From sequence record DRR723986_5346: a stretch of DNA of 64,000 nucleotides. One strand, given 5' to 3'. The position numbers and the translations under genes were made by a program. The stretch's first letter is position 1. Every line of letters starts with the position of its first letter. The notes under the pieces were generated by a model, which was not told the DNA's origin, ran no database searches, and worked only from the letters and a program-made list of their open reading frames with translations. Shown piece after piece: positions 1-10,184 of this stretch.

Positions 1-265
1 GGACGACACTCGTTCTGAAAAGAACGTATAAGTGTCGCCGTCTGTGTAATCGGAATTCGTTTATAATTTACCAGAACTTTCTTAATAGCATTTACCAACT
101 TGCGAGTAGTTTATGCCGAGCATGTCTATATACTTTTTAACAAGTCCGCAGTTTTCTGAACAATTCTGACGTCACGGGTATATCTTGAAGCAACTTTTCT
201 TACCTTATAACAGTTTACTTACTAGCCCACAATAAATTAGAACTAATTGTTTATTTGTGTTAACC

Positions 266-3200
266 ATGAAAAAGTTTTTTTTATCCCTAGCTTGCCTGTT
301 ATGCTTGCAAATAACATTTGCACAAAACCTGACGAATGAAGGTACAGAGTTTTATGTTGCATTTCCCGAAGTATATGATCACGCAAATGCGGTTTTTGAA
401 ATTAACATTTCAAGCAGAACGAATGCGAACGGAAATGTTTCCATTGTTGGAACAGGTTTCACACAAAACTTCACAGTAGTACCTGGTGTTGTGACTACAG
501 TTACTTTGCCACCTGCAGATGCTAATATCATTTTTTCTGAGGTTGTTTTAAATAGAGCAATTCACGTTACGGCAGATGTCCCAGTAACAGTTTATGCTTC
601 TACTTTTCATAATGCAAGATCAGAAGCTTCTATTTGCTTACCTGTAACTGCTTTCGCATCAGACTATATGGTGACTACTTATCCAACAGTGTTAAAGTCA
701 GGAGTTTGGTATCAATCAGAATTTACAGTTGTTGCAGGAAACCAAGCTTGTGATGTGACCATAATCCCTTCATGCAACACAGATGGCGGGGTTTTGGCTG
801 GAACACCGATTCCTGTTCATTTAGATCCAAACGAAATATATATGGTTAGGGCACAAACAGGTGTTAATAACGACTTAACAGGTACTACTATAACAGCGGA
901 TAATGGTACTGATGAGTTTGCGGTATACAATGGACATGTTTGGATTTATCTATCTAGTTGTGGAAACCTGAACGCAGATCCTTTATTTGAACAGTGTTAT
1001 CCTACTAAAGCTTGGGGAACTGCACACATTTTAACTATGACTGAAGAGCAAAATGACAATGCTTTTCGTGTAATTGCCAAAGATAATGGAACAACTTTTA
1101 TGGTAGATGGTGTTCCAACTGGTCCGGTATTAAACGCAGGAGATGTTTATGACGGTAATTTTGTATTACCCACTGAAGCCATTCTAATTGAATCCAATAA
1201 ACCGGTTGCGGTTACTCAGACTATGACAACAGGTGTTTGTTCAGGAAATGGAGATCCTTCCATGGTAGTAATTAATTCTAATGAGCAAATGTATTTAGAC
1301 ACGGTTACTTTTTATGCAGCTACAGGCGGTAGTTCACTGGCCAACTATGTAAATGTGGTAACAAGATCAGCTGATACCTCTACCATGCAAATGAATGCAG
1401 CCGCGATCAATGGCTGGACACTCCTTCCTGCAGATAATGATTATTCGTATAAAATTATGTCTACCACAGTTGGTTCTCACACCTTAACAACAACGGGATG
1501 TGGATTCTTGGCTTATGCCTACGGAATGGGAAATCCAGAATCTTATTTTTATGCGGCAGGAGCTCGTGTTAATTCAATTGATGATAGTTTATCATTTACA
1601 AATATCAATACATCTCAAGCCGGATTGTGTGATTTAGACTCTATTCATTTCACGCCCTTTACATCTGGTGGAAACGTCTTAAATTATAATTGGTATTTTG
1701 GGGATGGTGATAGCTCTAATGTACAAGACCCTATTCATACTTACGCGAATGCAGGAACCTACACTGTCACTTTGATTGTTGAATATTTATGTTTTACCGA
1801 CACCATTGTTGAGGACATTGATGTATATGATTCTCCCCAACTGACAGGAACGGTTAATGATGTAACTTGTTATAATTGGGAGGATGGGGCCGTTTCAACG
1901 ACAATTTCAAATGGAACACCGAATTATAATTATCTGTGGAGCACGGGTTCAACCGCAACCGGAATTTCAGGATTAAGCGGAGGAAATTATTGGTTGGTGG
2001 TAACAGATCAAAACGGATGTGAAGATTCTATTTATGTTACGGTTCAAGAGCCGCTTGCGATCAATGTAAATGTCAATCCGGCAGGGCCATTCGCTCCGCC
2101 TGATGGTGTTCAAAGTTTATCTGGAAGTCCTGCAGGAGGCACATGGACCGCTTCATGCGGGGCCTGTATCAATTCAACCACTGGAGATTTCGACCCGTTA
2201 ATTGCTGGTGACGGAACATGGCAGGTTTGTTATACTGTAACTGTTGGAGGTTGTGACAGTACAGCCTGTATAGATATTGTTGTGTCAAGCACTTGTGCTT
2301 TGGTTGCGTACGGTAATGATCCGACCTGTTTTGGATTAAATGACGGTTCTTTTACAGTCAACACTTCAGGAGGTGCTGGAACTATTAATTATTTATTAAC
2401 TGATGCGAATGGAAGTCAGGTGAATGTATCCAATACTAATACCGCGAATCAATTAGTTTCTGGATGGTATTATATCAATGTTACTGATGATATATGCACT
2501 TTTGAAGATTCGATTTTTATTGATCAACCTGCTGAAATGATTATCGATTTAGATCTTACGCATATATTGTGTAATGGAGATTTGACTGGAATAGCAGATG
2601 TTGTCGAAGTGTTCAACTATACTGGGCATCCTGATAGTATTTCTTATTTTTGGGCACCATCAATCCCTGGTGGTAATGGAATCGGTCAAAACGTCTATTC
2701 ACAATTGGGCGCAGGAAGCTATTTGTTAACTATTAACGATCAAAACGGTTGTACACAATCACTTGATTTCGACATCAATGAACCAAGTCCACTTGTATTG
2801 GATTTAGGCTTTGAACCTTCTCAATGTCGCGTGTATTCTTATCAAAATGGAAATGGAGTGGTGTACGCATCTGCAACTGGAGGAAGTCCTGCGTATACTT
2901 TTTACTGGGAAAACGTTTATACGCTACAAAACTCGAATAACTCGACATGGGGTGGATTGAACCCAAGTTTATATAGCATAACAGTAACAGATGTAAACGG
3001 ATGTACGATTCAAGAATTCATAACACTTGATTCGTTAAATCCAATAGCAGATTTCACAGTAACTTCGCCAGAGTTTTTAGATCCTGGTGTTTGTGAGGGG
3101 ACGGCGATAGTGAACGCAAATTTTGTAAATACTTCTCAAAACTATATCGATCCGTCAGATGTGAATTCTCAGGCAACATTCTTCTGGACGCTCGATAGCG

Positions 3201-3634
3201 CTAACGGTAATCCATGGTATTTAACGCATGATTTTTTAGAGCAATTAGATACAGCTTACGGTGAAGGTGGTTTGTATACGACCTGTCTCAAAGTTATTAA
3301 TGACAATGGCTGTGAGGATGATACCTGCAAACAAATTTTAGTATTCGATAAACCTGAATTAATTTTACCGAATGTATTTACTCCTGGAGGTGATGATGAT
3401 GTAAACAATGTTTTCTTCTTTCCTCAGGTGGCAATTGTTGAATTAGAGTGCGTTGTGGTTAACCGTTGGGGCCGTACAATTTTTGAATTTACTGATCCTT
3501 CGCAGAGTTGGGATGGGACGGATAAATCTGGAAGCGAATGTCCTGATGGAGTCTATTTTTATACCTACAAGGCGAAAGCTACAAACGGAACAGAGTTTGA
3601 AGGTCAAGGTAATATCCATTTGATTAGACCTTAA
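266..3634 (+). CDS. T9SS type B cargo (gliding motility-associated C-terminal domain) surface protein with IgGFc-binding-like N-terminus, PKD and SprB-like repeats
   Basis: Signal peptide MKKFFLSLACLL (ATG 266 preferred to GTG 257). NEGTEFYVAF N-terminus; PKD motif WYFGDG..NVQDPIHTYANAGTYTVTL; repeats of TVTDxNGC; C-terminal LPNVFTPGGD...NRWG...WDG...DGVYFY. Confidence 0.85.
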   Translation: MKKFFLSLACLLCLQITFAQNLTNEGTEFYVAFPEVYDHANAVFEINISSRTNANGNVSIVGTGFTQNFTVVPGVVTTVTLPPADANIIFSEVVLNRAIHVTADVPVTVYASTFHNARSEASICLPVTAFASDYMVTTYPTVLKSGVWYQSEFTVVAGNQACDVTIIPSCNTDGGVLAGTPIPVHLDPNEIYMVRAQTGVNNDLTGTTITADNGTDEFAVYNGHVWIYLSSCGNLNADPLFEQCYPTKAWGTAHILTMTEEQNDNAFRVIAKDNGTTFMVDGVPTGPVLNAGDVYDGNFVLPTEAILIESNKPVAVTQTMTTGVCSGNGDPSMVVINSNEQMYLDTVTFYAATGGSSLANYVNVVTRSADTSTMQMNAAAINGWTLLPADNDYSYKIMSTTVGSHTLTTTGCGFLAYAYGMGNPESYFYAAGARVNSIDDSLSFTNINTSQAGLCDLDSIHFTPFTSGGNVLNYNWYFGDGDSSNVQDPIHTYANAGTYTVTLIVEYLCFTDTIVEDIDVYDSPQLTGTVNDVTCYNWEDGAVSTTISNGTPNYNYLWSTGSTATGISGLSGGNYWLVVTDQNGCEDSIYVTVQEPLAINVNVNPAGPFAPPDGVQSLSGSPAGGTWTASCGACINSTTGDFDPLIAGDGTWQVCYTVTVGGCDSTACIDIVVSSTCALVAYGNDPTCFGLNDGSFTVNTSGGAGTINYLLTDANGSQVNVSNTNTANQLVSGWYYINVTDDICTFEDSIFIDQPAEMIIDLDLTHILCNGDLTGIADVVEVFNYTGHPDSISYFWAPSIPGGNGIGQNVYSQLGAGSYLLTINDQNGCTQSLDFDINEPSPLVLDLGFEPSQCRVYSYQNGNGVVYASATGGSPAYTFYWENVYTLQNSNNSTWGGLNPSLYSITVTDVNGCTIQEFITLDSLNPIADFTVTSPEFLDPGVCEGTAIVNANFVNTSQNYIDPSDVNSQATFFWTLDSANGNPWYLTHDFLEQLDTAYGEGGLYTTCLKVINDNGCEDDTCKQILVFDKPELILPNVFTPGGDDDVNNVFFFPQVAIVELECVVVNRWGRTIFEFTDPSQSWDGTDKSGSECPDGVYFYTYKAKATNGTEFEGQGNIHLIRP

Positions 3635-4272
3635 TTTTTCTGGGCGACTAAAATAATGTCCTGCGTTGTAGATGGATTTTCGTCTGGAAATTCTTGAAGT
3701 GATTCATATTTTAGTTGAAAGCCTAAAGAACTGAGTAGATCAACTAGAAATTTCTGAGGGTAATAATGTATAAAAGCTTCTGGACCTTTACCTGTACTAG
3801 AAGGTTTGTATCCAGATAAAGAGAATTCACCTTCCATTGTACTTACATATAGAATACCACCTTTGTTAAGTTTTAGGTAACAATGCTCTACTAATTTTTT
3901 TGTGTCATTTTTCGAAAGATAAGGTAGACAGAAGCTGCAGATTATGCCATCAAATGAATGTTCAATTTCTCCAAAATCTCGGCAATCTTTAATTAAAAAA
4001 ATTGCTTCGGGGCAATGCTTCTTGGCTATTTGAATCATGTTCGGCGACAAGTCAATACCAGTAAGTTTAATTTCCGGCTGAAGTTTTAGGATGTGCTTAG
4101 CTACATTTGCTGGTCCGCAGGCCAAGTCAAGAACCTCGGCATTCGACTTAGGTAGAAGTTTTACGAACTCTGCTAGGCCATCAGCATAAAGTGTTTGATC
4201 CGCATACTTTTCTGAATATTTTTCAGCAAAATAGTCAAAGATCTCTACCGCTACTTTTGTTTTATCTTCCAT
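3631..4272 (-). CDS. class I SAM-dependent methyltransferase
   Basis: Motif I VLDLACGPAN, then GIDLSPNMI, FDGII and KLNKGGILYV. Confidence 0.85.
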   Translation of the reverse strand: MEDKTKVAVEIFDYFAEKYSEKYADQTLYADGLAEFVKLLPKSNAEVLDLACGPANVAKHILKLQPEIKLTGIDLSPNMIQIAKKHCPEAIFLIKDCRDFGEIEHSFDGIICSFCLPYLSKNDTKKLVEHCYLKLNKGGILYVSTMEGEFSLSGYKPSSTGKGPEAFIHYYPQKFLVDLLSSLGFQLKYESLQEFPDENPSTTQDIILVAQKN

Positions 4273-4277
4273 GATAT

Positions 4278-4309
4278 AAAAAAAGCCGCTCCAAATTAAG
4301 GAGCGGCTT
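4278..4309 (-). terminator. intrinsic terminator after the 4330..6000 gene
   Basis: AAGCCGCTCC-N7-GGAGCGGCTT stem with an A-run on + (U-tract on -). Confidence 0.75.
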
Positions 4310-4329
4310 CAATTTTGGTATTAATTCTT

Positions 4330-6000
4330 TTATTTCAATTGGAATTTAACCATTGTATCTTCTTTTCCTTTAATGTATATCTCCATTAAGAAAGTACCTT
4401 TCCCAACTTTAAATACTCTAGAAGCCTTAAACTGATAAGCCACGTGTCCTCCTGGAACTTTCTTAAGATCTAGAAGTGTATGCTTTTCTAACTCACCATT
4501 AGAATGGTTGAATTTATATGTGGTTAAGAATCCACCTTTACCATCCATATGCACTTTTGGAACACCACCGTCAGGGCTTAAAGCAATATTCTTTGGATTA
4601 TCTACATAAGCCACATAATCAGATTCAGCACCTTCCATGTGAGAGAAACTCATTTGTCCCACACCTGTAGTTCCTTTTTGATTTTTAGGTAGTTTTCTCA
4701 TCCAAGCTAATTCACCATTAGGGTTCATTTTAACTACAATTATGTTAGAGAAATAGTACGTGTAAGTTTTACCTGCACCTGTAACTGCACCAATTGCGCC
4801 TGTAGAAGAATTAGAAGACTCGACAATATTTTGTCTTTCAGCTAAAAAGTAGACTGATCCGTCTTCTTTAATAACCATGTCCTTTAAATTCAAGTCAAAA
4901 ATTCCTGCTTTTCCTTTTTGTTCTCTTTTTTCTACTCTTTTCTTTTGAAACTTCGTAAGGTTTTGCTTAATTAATTCTGCAGGGAATTCATGACTTTTCG
5001 CATCAACCAATTTACCCATTTCGCCTAACTCCATGAATAAAACACCATCAGCCATAAATGGCATATCGAAAAAGTTCGCAGTTTTAAAATCTAAGCCATA
5101 AGAGTAAATACCCCCACAATTAAAGTGACCTTGCTCATCTTCAGTCATTCTAAACTCTTGTACAGCCTTTTCAGAAGATTGTCCAGTGTTTGTCGTTGTG
5201 ATTTCTCCGCCTTCTTCTACTGTAATCATTTCGTAGCTTTTTGAAGCAGTATTTACGATAAGTAACTTGGCGTCACCATCTTTTGATACTGCAACAGACA
5301 TAAGTCTCATTTCATCTTCAGTGTATGGCATTTTAACTTCCTCGCTCCAAATCTTATTCATTGAATTATCAAAAACAGTAAAGCCAAAAACATCTTTGTT
5401 AATCGCATTATTTCTTTCTTCTGGCTTTAAAATGTAGTGGATCATAATTTTTGATTCATCAAATGAACGCGTCATTACGAATTTAGGACCACCTTTTAAG
5501 AAAGTCATTGTTGTTCCGTACATTCCTGATTTAGAAATATCTGCTGGTCTTTGAGTTGCTTTAGCTGGGCGAGACGTTTGGAACAATTCGATTGGACTTC
5601 CGAATGTAGCGTCATCTGTCATAATTTCACGAGCATAAACTGCAAAGTGTTTATTGTCTTTGTCTTTTTTATCATATGCATCATAAATCAAGAAAAGTTT
5701 ATCTTGTAATTTTACTGTTTCTAGGAAATGCGCATATTTTGGTAAATCTTCATATTTATTTCTAGCCACTTCTTTCATGTTTTCAACATCATATTTTTGA
5801 AGTGTAACCATTTTATCACCATGCATTTTAACCATAATAGCGTAGCCATTATCAAGTGATACGTAATCTTTAACAGCAGCATCTACTACTTTATAAGGGG
5901 TACCCGAACTAATTTCAAAATCGGGCGATATTTTGGGTTGTGCATTTGCGATTATTGGTCCTAAAACCAAAAACGCCATTAATAGTCTAAGTTTTGTCAT
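4330..6000 (-). CDS. secreted hypothetical protein, beta-rich
   Basis: 556-aa ORF with signal peptide ending IANA/Q; no family recognised. Confidence 0.75.
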   Translation of the reverse strand: MTKLRLLMAFLVLGPIIANAQPKISPDFEISSGTPYKVVDAAVKDYVSLDNGYAIMVKMHGDKMVTLQKYDVENMKEVARNKYEDLPKYAHFLETVKLQDKLFLIYDAYDKKDKDNKHFAVYAREIMTDDATFGSPIELFQTSRPAKATQRPADISKSGMYGTTMTFLKGGPKFVMTRSFDESKIMIHYILKPEERNNAINKDVFGFTVFDNSMNKIWSEEVKMPYTEDEMRLMSVAVSKDGDAKLLIVNTASKSYEMITVEEGGEITTTNTGQSSEKAVQEFRMTEDEQGHFNCGGIYSYGLDFKTANFFDMPFMADGVLFMELGEMGKLVDAKSHEFPAELIKQNLTKFQKKRVEKREQKGKAGIFDLNLKDMVIKEDGSVYFLAERQNIVESSNSSTGAIGAVTGAGKTYTYYFSNIIVVKMNPNGELAWMRKLPKNQKGTTGVGQMSFSHMEGAESDYVAYVDNPKNIALSPDGGVPKVHMDGKGGFLTTYKFNHSNGELEKHTLLDLKKVPGGHVAYQFKASRVFKVGKGTFLMEIYIKGKEDTMVKFQLK

Positions 6001-6130
6001 TTTTATTTTTTTTAAATGAATCCCTTAAATTAGTTTATTAATTTGAAATCTGCATAAAAAACAGTAATTAATAATCGGCATAAAGGGATGAAAAATTTTT
6101 ATCTGAATCGATTTATACAAGATTTGGACC

Positions 6131-6164
6131 AAAAAAAATCCCTGCCACAATTAAGCGGCAGGGA
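6131..6164 (-). terminator. intrinsic terminator of pckA
   Basis: TCCCTGCC-N10-GGCAGGGA preceded by A8 on +, about 20 nt beyond the pckA stop. Confidence 0.8.
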
Positions 6165-6185
6165 GTAAAGTGAATTCAGTTGAAA

Positions 6186-7799
6186 TTAAGCTTCTACTTT
6201 GGCTTTAGGAGCTGCTGCCATTATTTCTGCATTGGCATCAGATTCAAACTGCTCAAAGTTTTTTACAAATTTCGCTGCCAATTGGCTAGCCTTTTGATCG
6301 TAAAGCGCTTTGTCCTCCCAAGTATTTTTAGGATTTAAAATTTCTGTTGGCACATTTTCACATTCATTCGGCATATCTAATCCAAAGATTTCGTGATTCG
6401 TGTAATCAACATTATCAAGTTTTCCTTCAAGGGCAGAAGTGATCATTGCTCGAGTATATTTCAAGCTAATTCGTTCACCTGTACCGTAAGCACCACCAGA
6501 CCATCCAGTATTGATTAACCAAACTCTTACGTTGTTTTCTTCCATTTTCTTTCCTAACATCTCAGCATATTTAGTGGGATGTAAAGGTAAAAACGGAGCA
6601 CCGAAACAAGCAGAGAATGCTGTTTGAGGTTCTGTTACACCAGCTTCAGTTCCTGCAACTTTTGCCGTGTATCCTGAAATAAAATGGTACATAGCTTGAC
6701 CAGGTGTTAGCTTAGAAATTGGAGGTAGTACACCAAACGCATCTGCAGTTAAGAAGAATATATTTTTAGGAATCCCTCCTTTTGAAGGAACCATGATATT
6801 ATCTATGTGATGTATAGGGTAGGATACACGTGTGTTTTGCGTAATACTACTGTCGTGATAATCTGGAGTGGATGTTCCTTCATGGAACCCAATGTTCTCT
6901 AAAATCGCTCCGAATTTAATGGCATCCCAAATTTGCGGTTCCTTTTCTTTTGAAAGATCAATTGTTTTTGCATAACATCCTCCTTCAAAGTTGAAAACAC
7001 CTTCCGGTGCCCATCCGTGCTCGTCATCTCCAATTAGTCTTCTGTCAGGGTCAGATGATAAAGTTGTTTTACCTGTACCAGATAATCCAAAGAATACAGC
7101 CGTGTCACCGCTTTCACCAACGTTCGCTGAACAATGCATTGATAATACATCTCTTTCAACTGGAAGTACGAAGTTCAATACCGAGAAAATTCCTTTTTTG
7201 ATTTCTCCAGTATATCCGGTTCCTCCAATAATGATCATTTTATCTGTGAAATTGATAACTGCATAATTATGCTGTCTTGTTCCGTCAATCTCAGGGTCAG
7301 CCATAAATCCTGGCGCACATACTATATGCCATTCTGGATTGAAGTTCTCAATTTCACTATCTGTTGGTCTCAAAAACATGTTCGAAGCAAACATATTTGA
7401 CCATGCAAATTCTGTTACAACTCTTAAATTAAGTCTATAATTGTCATCAGCACATGCATAAGCATCTCTGACATAAACATCTTTGTTTGTTAAATAGGCT
7501 TTCATACGATTGTACAAATCCTTGAATTTTTGAGCATCAAACTTTTTGTTGATATCTCCCCACCACACTAAGTCATTTGTTTTTTCATCAGCTACAATAA
7601 ATCGATCTTGAGGAGATCGTCCAGTAAACTCTCCAGTTCTGATTGCGATAGCACCAGTATCTGTTAATACTCCTTGTCCATTGATGATAACATCTTCAAC
7701 TAATTCAGCTGGTGTTAAATTCCAAAAAGCATTGTCGATTTGAGTTAATCCAATTGATTCTAAACTGGCATTGGCAGCCTTTTTTCCAAAGTTATTCAT
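6186..7799 (-). CDS. pckA: phosphoenolpyruvate carboxykinase (ATP)
   Basis: TGRSPQDRF, YTGEIKKGIFS, P-loop GLSGTGKTT, LIGDDEHGW, NFEGGCYAK. Confidence 0.97.
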   Translation of the reverse strand: MNNFGKKAANASLESIGLTQIDNAFWNLTPAELVEDVIINGQGVLTDTGAIAIRTGEFTGRSPQDRFIVADEKTNDLVWWGDINKKFDAQKFKDLYNRMKAYLTNKDVYVRDAYACADDNYRLNLRVVTEFAWSNMFASNMFLRPTDSEIENFNPEWHIVCAPGFMADPEIDGTRQHNYAVINFTDKMIIIGGTGYTGEIKKGIFSVLNFVLPVERDVLSMHCSANVGESGDTAVFFGLSGTGKTTLSSDPDRRLIGDDEHGWAPEGVFNFEGGCYAKTIDLSKEKEPQIWDAIKFGAILENIGFHEGTSTPDYHDSSITQNTRVSYPIHHIDNIMVPSKGGIPKNIFFLTADAFGVLPPISKLTPGQAMYHFISGYTAKVAGTEAGVTEPQTAFSACFGAPFLPLHPTKYAEMLGKKMEENNVRVWLINTGWSGGAYGTGERISLKYTRAMITSALEGKLDNVDYTNHEIFGLDMPNECENVPTEILNPKNTWEDKALYDQKASQLAAKFVKNFEQFESDANAEIMAAAPKAKVEA

Positions 7800-7961
7800 A
7801 GAATATTTTTGCTCCCTTATTAGATAGGGATGGTTTTCGTTTACTACAAAATTATGATAAATGAACTTTTAAGTCATTAAAAGGTGATCTTTTTATCAAT
7901 AAGATATTAACGATTGAGATGAATAGAAATTACTGCTCCTTTAAAAGAATGTTCTAAAATA

Positions 7962-8798
7962 CTATAGTTTTTCACCACAAAATTTGCAGTATTTAGCATC
8001 TGACATGTGACCATCTTTTCCACAGCTTGTACAAGCGTTATTGTTGAGCGGTTGATTTTTACTTGCTTGCATCAAATCGTTTGTTACTATGCCAGTGGGA
8101 ACAGCAATTATTGCGTAACCCAAAATCATGATAACAGATGCCACAAATTGACCCAGGGAGGTGATTGGGGCAATGTCCCCATACCCAACAGTTGTCATGG
8201 TGACAATGGCCCAATAAATACTTCTCGGGATGCTCGTAAATCCTGACTCTGGATTGGCGCCTTCAATCAAATACATGATGGTTCCTAATATGACAACCAT
8301 CATTACTACAACAAATAAAAAGACAATAATTTTATTACGAGATTGTTTCAAGGCTCTCGTTAATTTTTGTGAATCTGCAACAAAATTTCCAAGTTTTAAT
8401 ATTCTAAAAACTCTTAATAATCTGATTGATCTTAGCACTCTTAAAGATCCAGTTCCACTTACGAATAATCCCACATAAGTTGGTGCTGTTGATAATAAAT
8501 CGATTAATCCATAAAATGAAAAAACATATTTAAGTGGACGTTTAACACAAATCAACCTCAAAAAATATTCGATCGTAAAAATGATCGTGACCACCCATTC
8601 AAAAATATGCAATTGATCATAATAGACTTCTCGAATGCTGGGAACACTCTCCAACATAACAGCTATGATACTGATAACAATTACGATAAGTAAAACAATG
8701 TCAAACCACTTTCCAGCAGGAGTTTCGGTGCCAAAAATAACTTCATTCAGTTTTTTTTGCCAAGGCCTAAGTGATGATGTGTCCGTATTAACGCTCAT
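7962..8798 (-). CDS. 6-TM voltage-gated-type potassium channel with C-terminal zinc ribbon
   Basis: Selectivity filter TTVGYGD; S4-like LRVLRSIRLLRVFRILK; C-terminal CTSC...CKFC. Confidence 0.9.
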   Translation of the reverse strand: MSVNTDTSSLRPWQKKLNEVIFGTETPAGKWFDIVLLIVIVISIIAVMLESVPSIREVYYDQLHIFEWVVTIIFTIEYFLRLICVKRPLKYVFSFYGLIDLLSTAPTYVGLFVSGTGSLRVLRSIRLLRVFRILKLGNFVADSQKLTRALKQSRNKIIVFLFVVVMMVVILGTIMYLIEGANPESGFTSIPRSIYWAIVTMTTVGYGDIAPITSLGQFVASVIMILGYAIIAVPTGIVTNDLMQASKNQPLNNNACTSCGKDGHMSDAKYCKFCGEKL

Positions 8799-10168
8799 TA
8801 TAATTGAAAAATCTCTAGTTTTTCATTCTTATGTAACTGCATTTTAATGATTGATTGAAAATCACGATTGCTTTTTTTTCTTTGGATGAACTTTTTATAA
8901 TTTGAAGTTCCTCTTTTGAAAATATACCGTGGAATAAATCCGTAACCACTATAAATGCCTTCGTCTAATAGTACGAAACCATACTCCTTAGAGTTTCGAC
9001 CTTTGTCGATAATTAAAAATGATTCTCCTTCAAAATTGAGGTTGTGTAGTAGTTCTTTTACTTTATTATTGTAGGATGCAGAGCTCTCTTCTCCAACACA
9101 TGCACCTTCACATTGTTTTATTGTATAATTAAAACAGGCCCCGCTAGATTTATGTAAATGACATAATCTTTGACATAGGCCAAATTCTTGTAACCAATAT
9201 TCTAAATATTTTTTACCATTTTGAACCGAAGTAAATGTCATTAATGGGACATCCGCAAGACCATTTTTCTTGACGACTAAATTGATATATCCACCTTGAT
9301 CTTCTACGGCGTAAAGTCCATGACTAAAACTCGTAGTTCGTTGAGCCCGATTATGAATGGGTTGATGCTTTTTTATTTCTGAAGATTCTAGCAATAAGGC
9401 AATAAGTTCGCTGCCGGTTAATTCATGTTCAATTCGAGCAATTTGTGATCTCATCTCAATTGCTTTAGTAGTTTTTGAGTTTTTTAAATGCTGCTCAATA
9501 CGTTTTCTGATATGAATACTTTTACCAATGTAAATCAATTCATCTCTTTCATTATAGAACTTATATATTCCAACTTTATTCGGGATTTCATCTAATAAAT
9601 CAACTTCTAGTTTTGGATGAAGTACTTTAGGATTAATCTCTATTTTAATGAAATTTTTAAACTCATTCTCGGCATCTCGCTCATACAACATCTCAAATAA
9701 CTTAGCAGTAGCCTCTGTGTCTGCAATAGCTCGGTGGTGTCCGTTTAACGGGATGTTTAGAGCTTTGGTGATGTTTTTTAAACCGTATGATTTATGCCCG
9801 GGAATTAAAATACGTGAAGTAGAAACTGTACACATGTGGGGCAGTCGGTAATCATATCCTAAGCGTCTAAATTCTCTCCTCAATACACCGTAGTCAAAAC
9901 TAACATTGTGTGCAACAAATACCGTGTCTCTTGTGAACTCAACAATGTCTTTAGCAATTTCGAAAAATTTTGGGGCGTCAGCTACATCAGAGTCGTGAAT
10001 TCCGGTTAATCTAGAAATAAATGGTGATATCCGCTCACCTGGATTAACAAATGAAGTGTACCTATCCAGTTCTTTTCTTCCGTCATGCAAAATAATAGCG
10101 ATTTCTATTACTTTAAAATTAACCGGTTTATCACCAGTGGTTTCTATGTCAACAATTGAGAACTTCAA
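8798..10168 (-). CDS. DEDDh (Pol III epsilon-like) exonuclease fused to a UvrC/Cho-like GIY-YIG nuclease
   Basis: DIETTG, AHNVSFD, HHRAIAD; GIYKFY..LIYIGKS..RKRIEQH, ALLLESSEIK; Cys cluster LCQRLC..CFNY..CEGAC; TTG start. Confidence 0.9.
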   Translation of the reverse strand: MKFSIVDIETTGDKPVNFKVIEIAIILHDGRKELDRYTSFVNPGERISPFISRLTGIHDSDVADAPKFFEIAKDIVEFTRDTVFVAHNVSFDYGVLRREFRRLGYDYRLPHMCTVSTSRILIPGHKSYGLKNITKALNIPLNGHHRAIADTEATAKLFEMLYERDAENEFKNFIKIEINPKVLHPKLEVDLLDEIPNKVGIYKFYNERDELIYIGKSIHIRKRIEQHLKNSKTTKAIEMRSQIARIEHELTGSELIALLLESSEIKKHQPIHNRAQRTTSFSHGLYAVEDQGGYINLVVKKNGLADVPLMTFTSVQNGKKYLEYWLQEFGLCQRLCHLHKSSGACFNYTIKQCEGACVGEESSASYNNKVKELLHNLNFEGESFLIIDKGRNSKEYGFVLLDEGIYSGYGFIPRYIFKRGTSNYKKFIQRKKSNRDFQSIIKMQLHKNEKLEIFQL

Positions 10169-10173
10169 CGAAT

Positions 10174-10181
10174 CAAAATTA
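10174..10181 (-). promoter_or_regulatory. Bacteroidota sigma-A -7 element for the exonuclease gene
   Basis: TAATTTTG on the - strand, 5 nt before the TTG start. Confidence 0.5.
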
Positions 10182-10184
10182 AGG

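Noticed and set aside
1-256. tmRNA, RNase P or riboswitch assignment
   Set aside because: I could not match diagnostic motifs; only the hairpin is reported.
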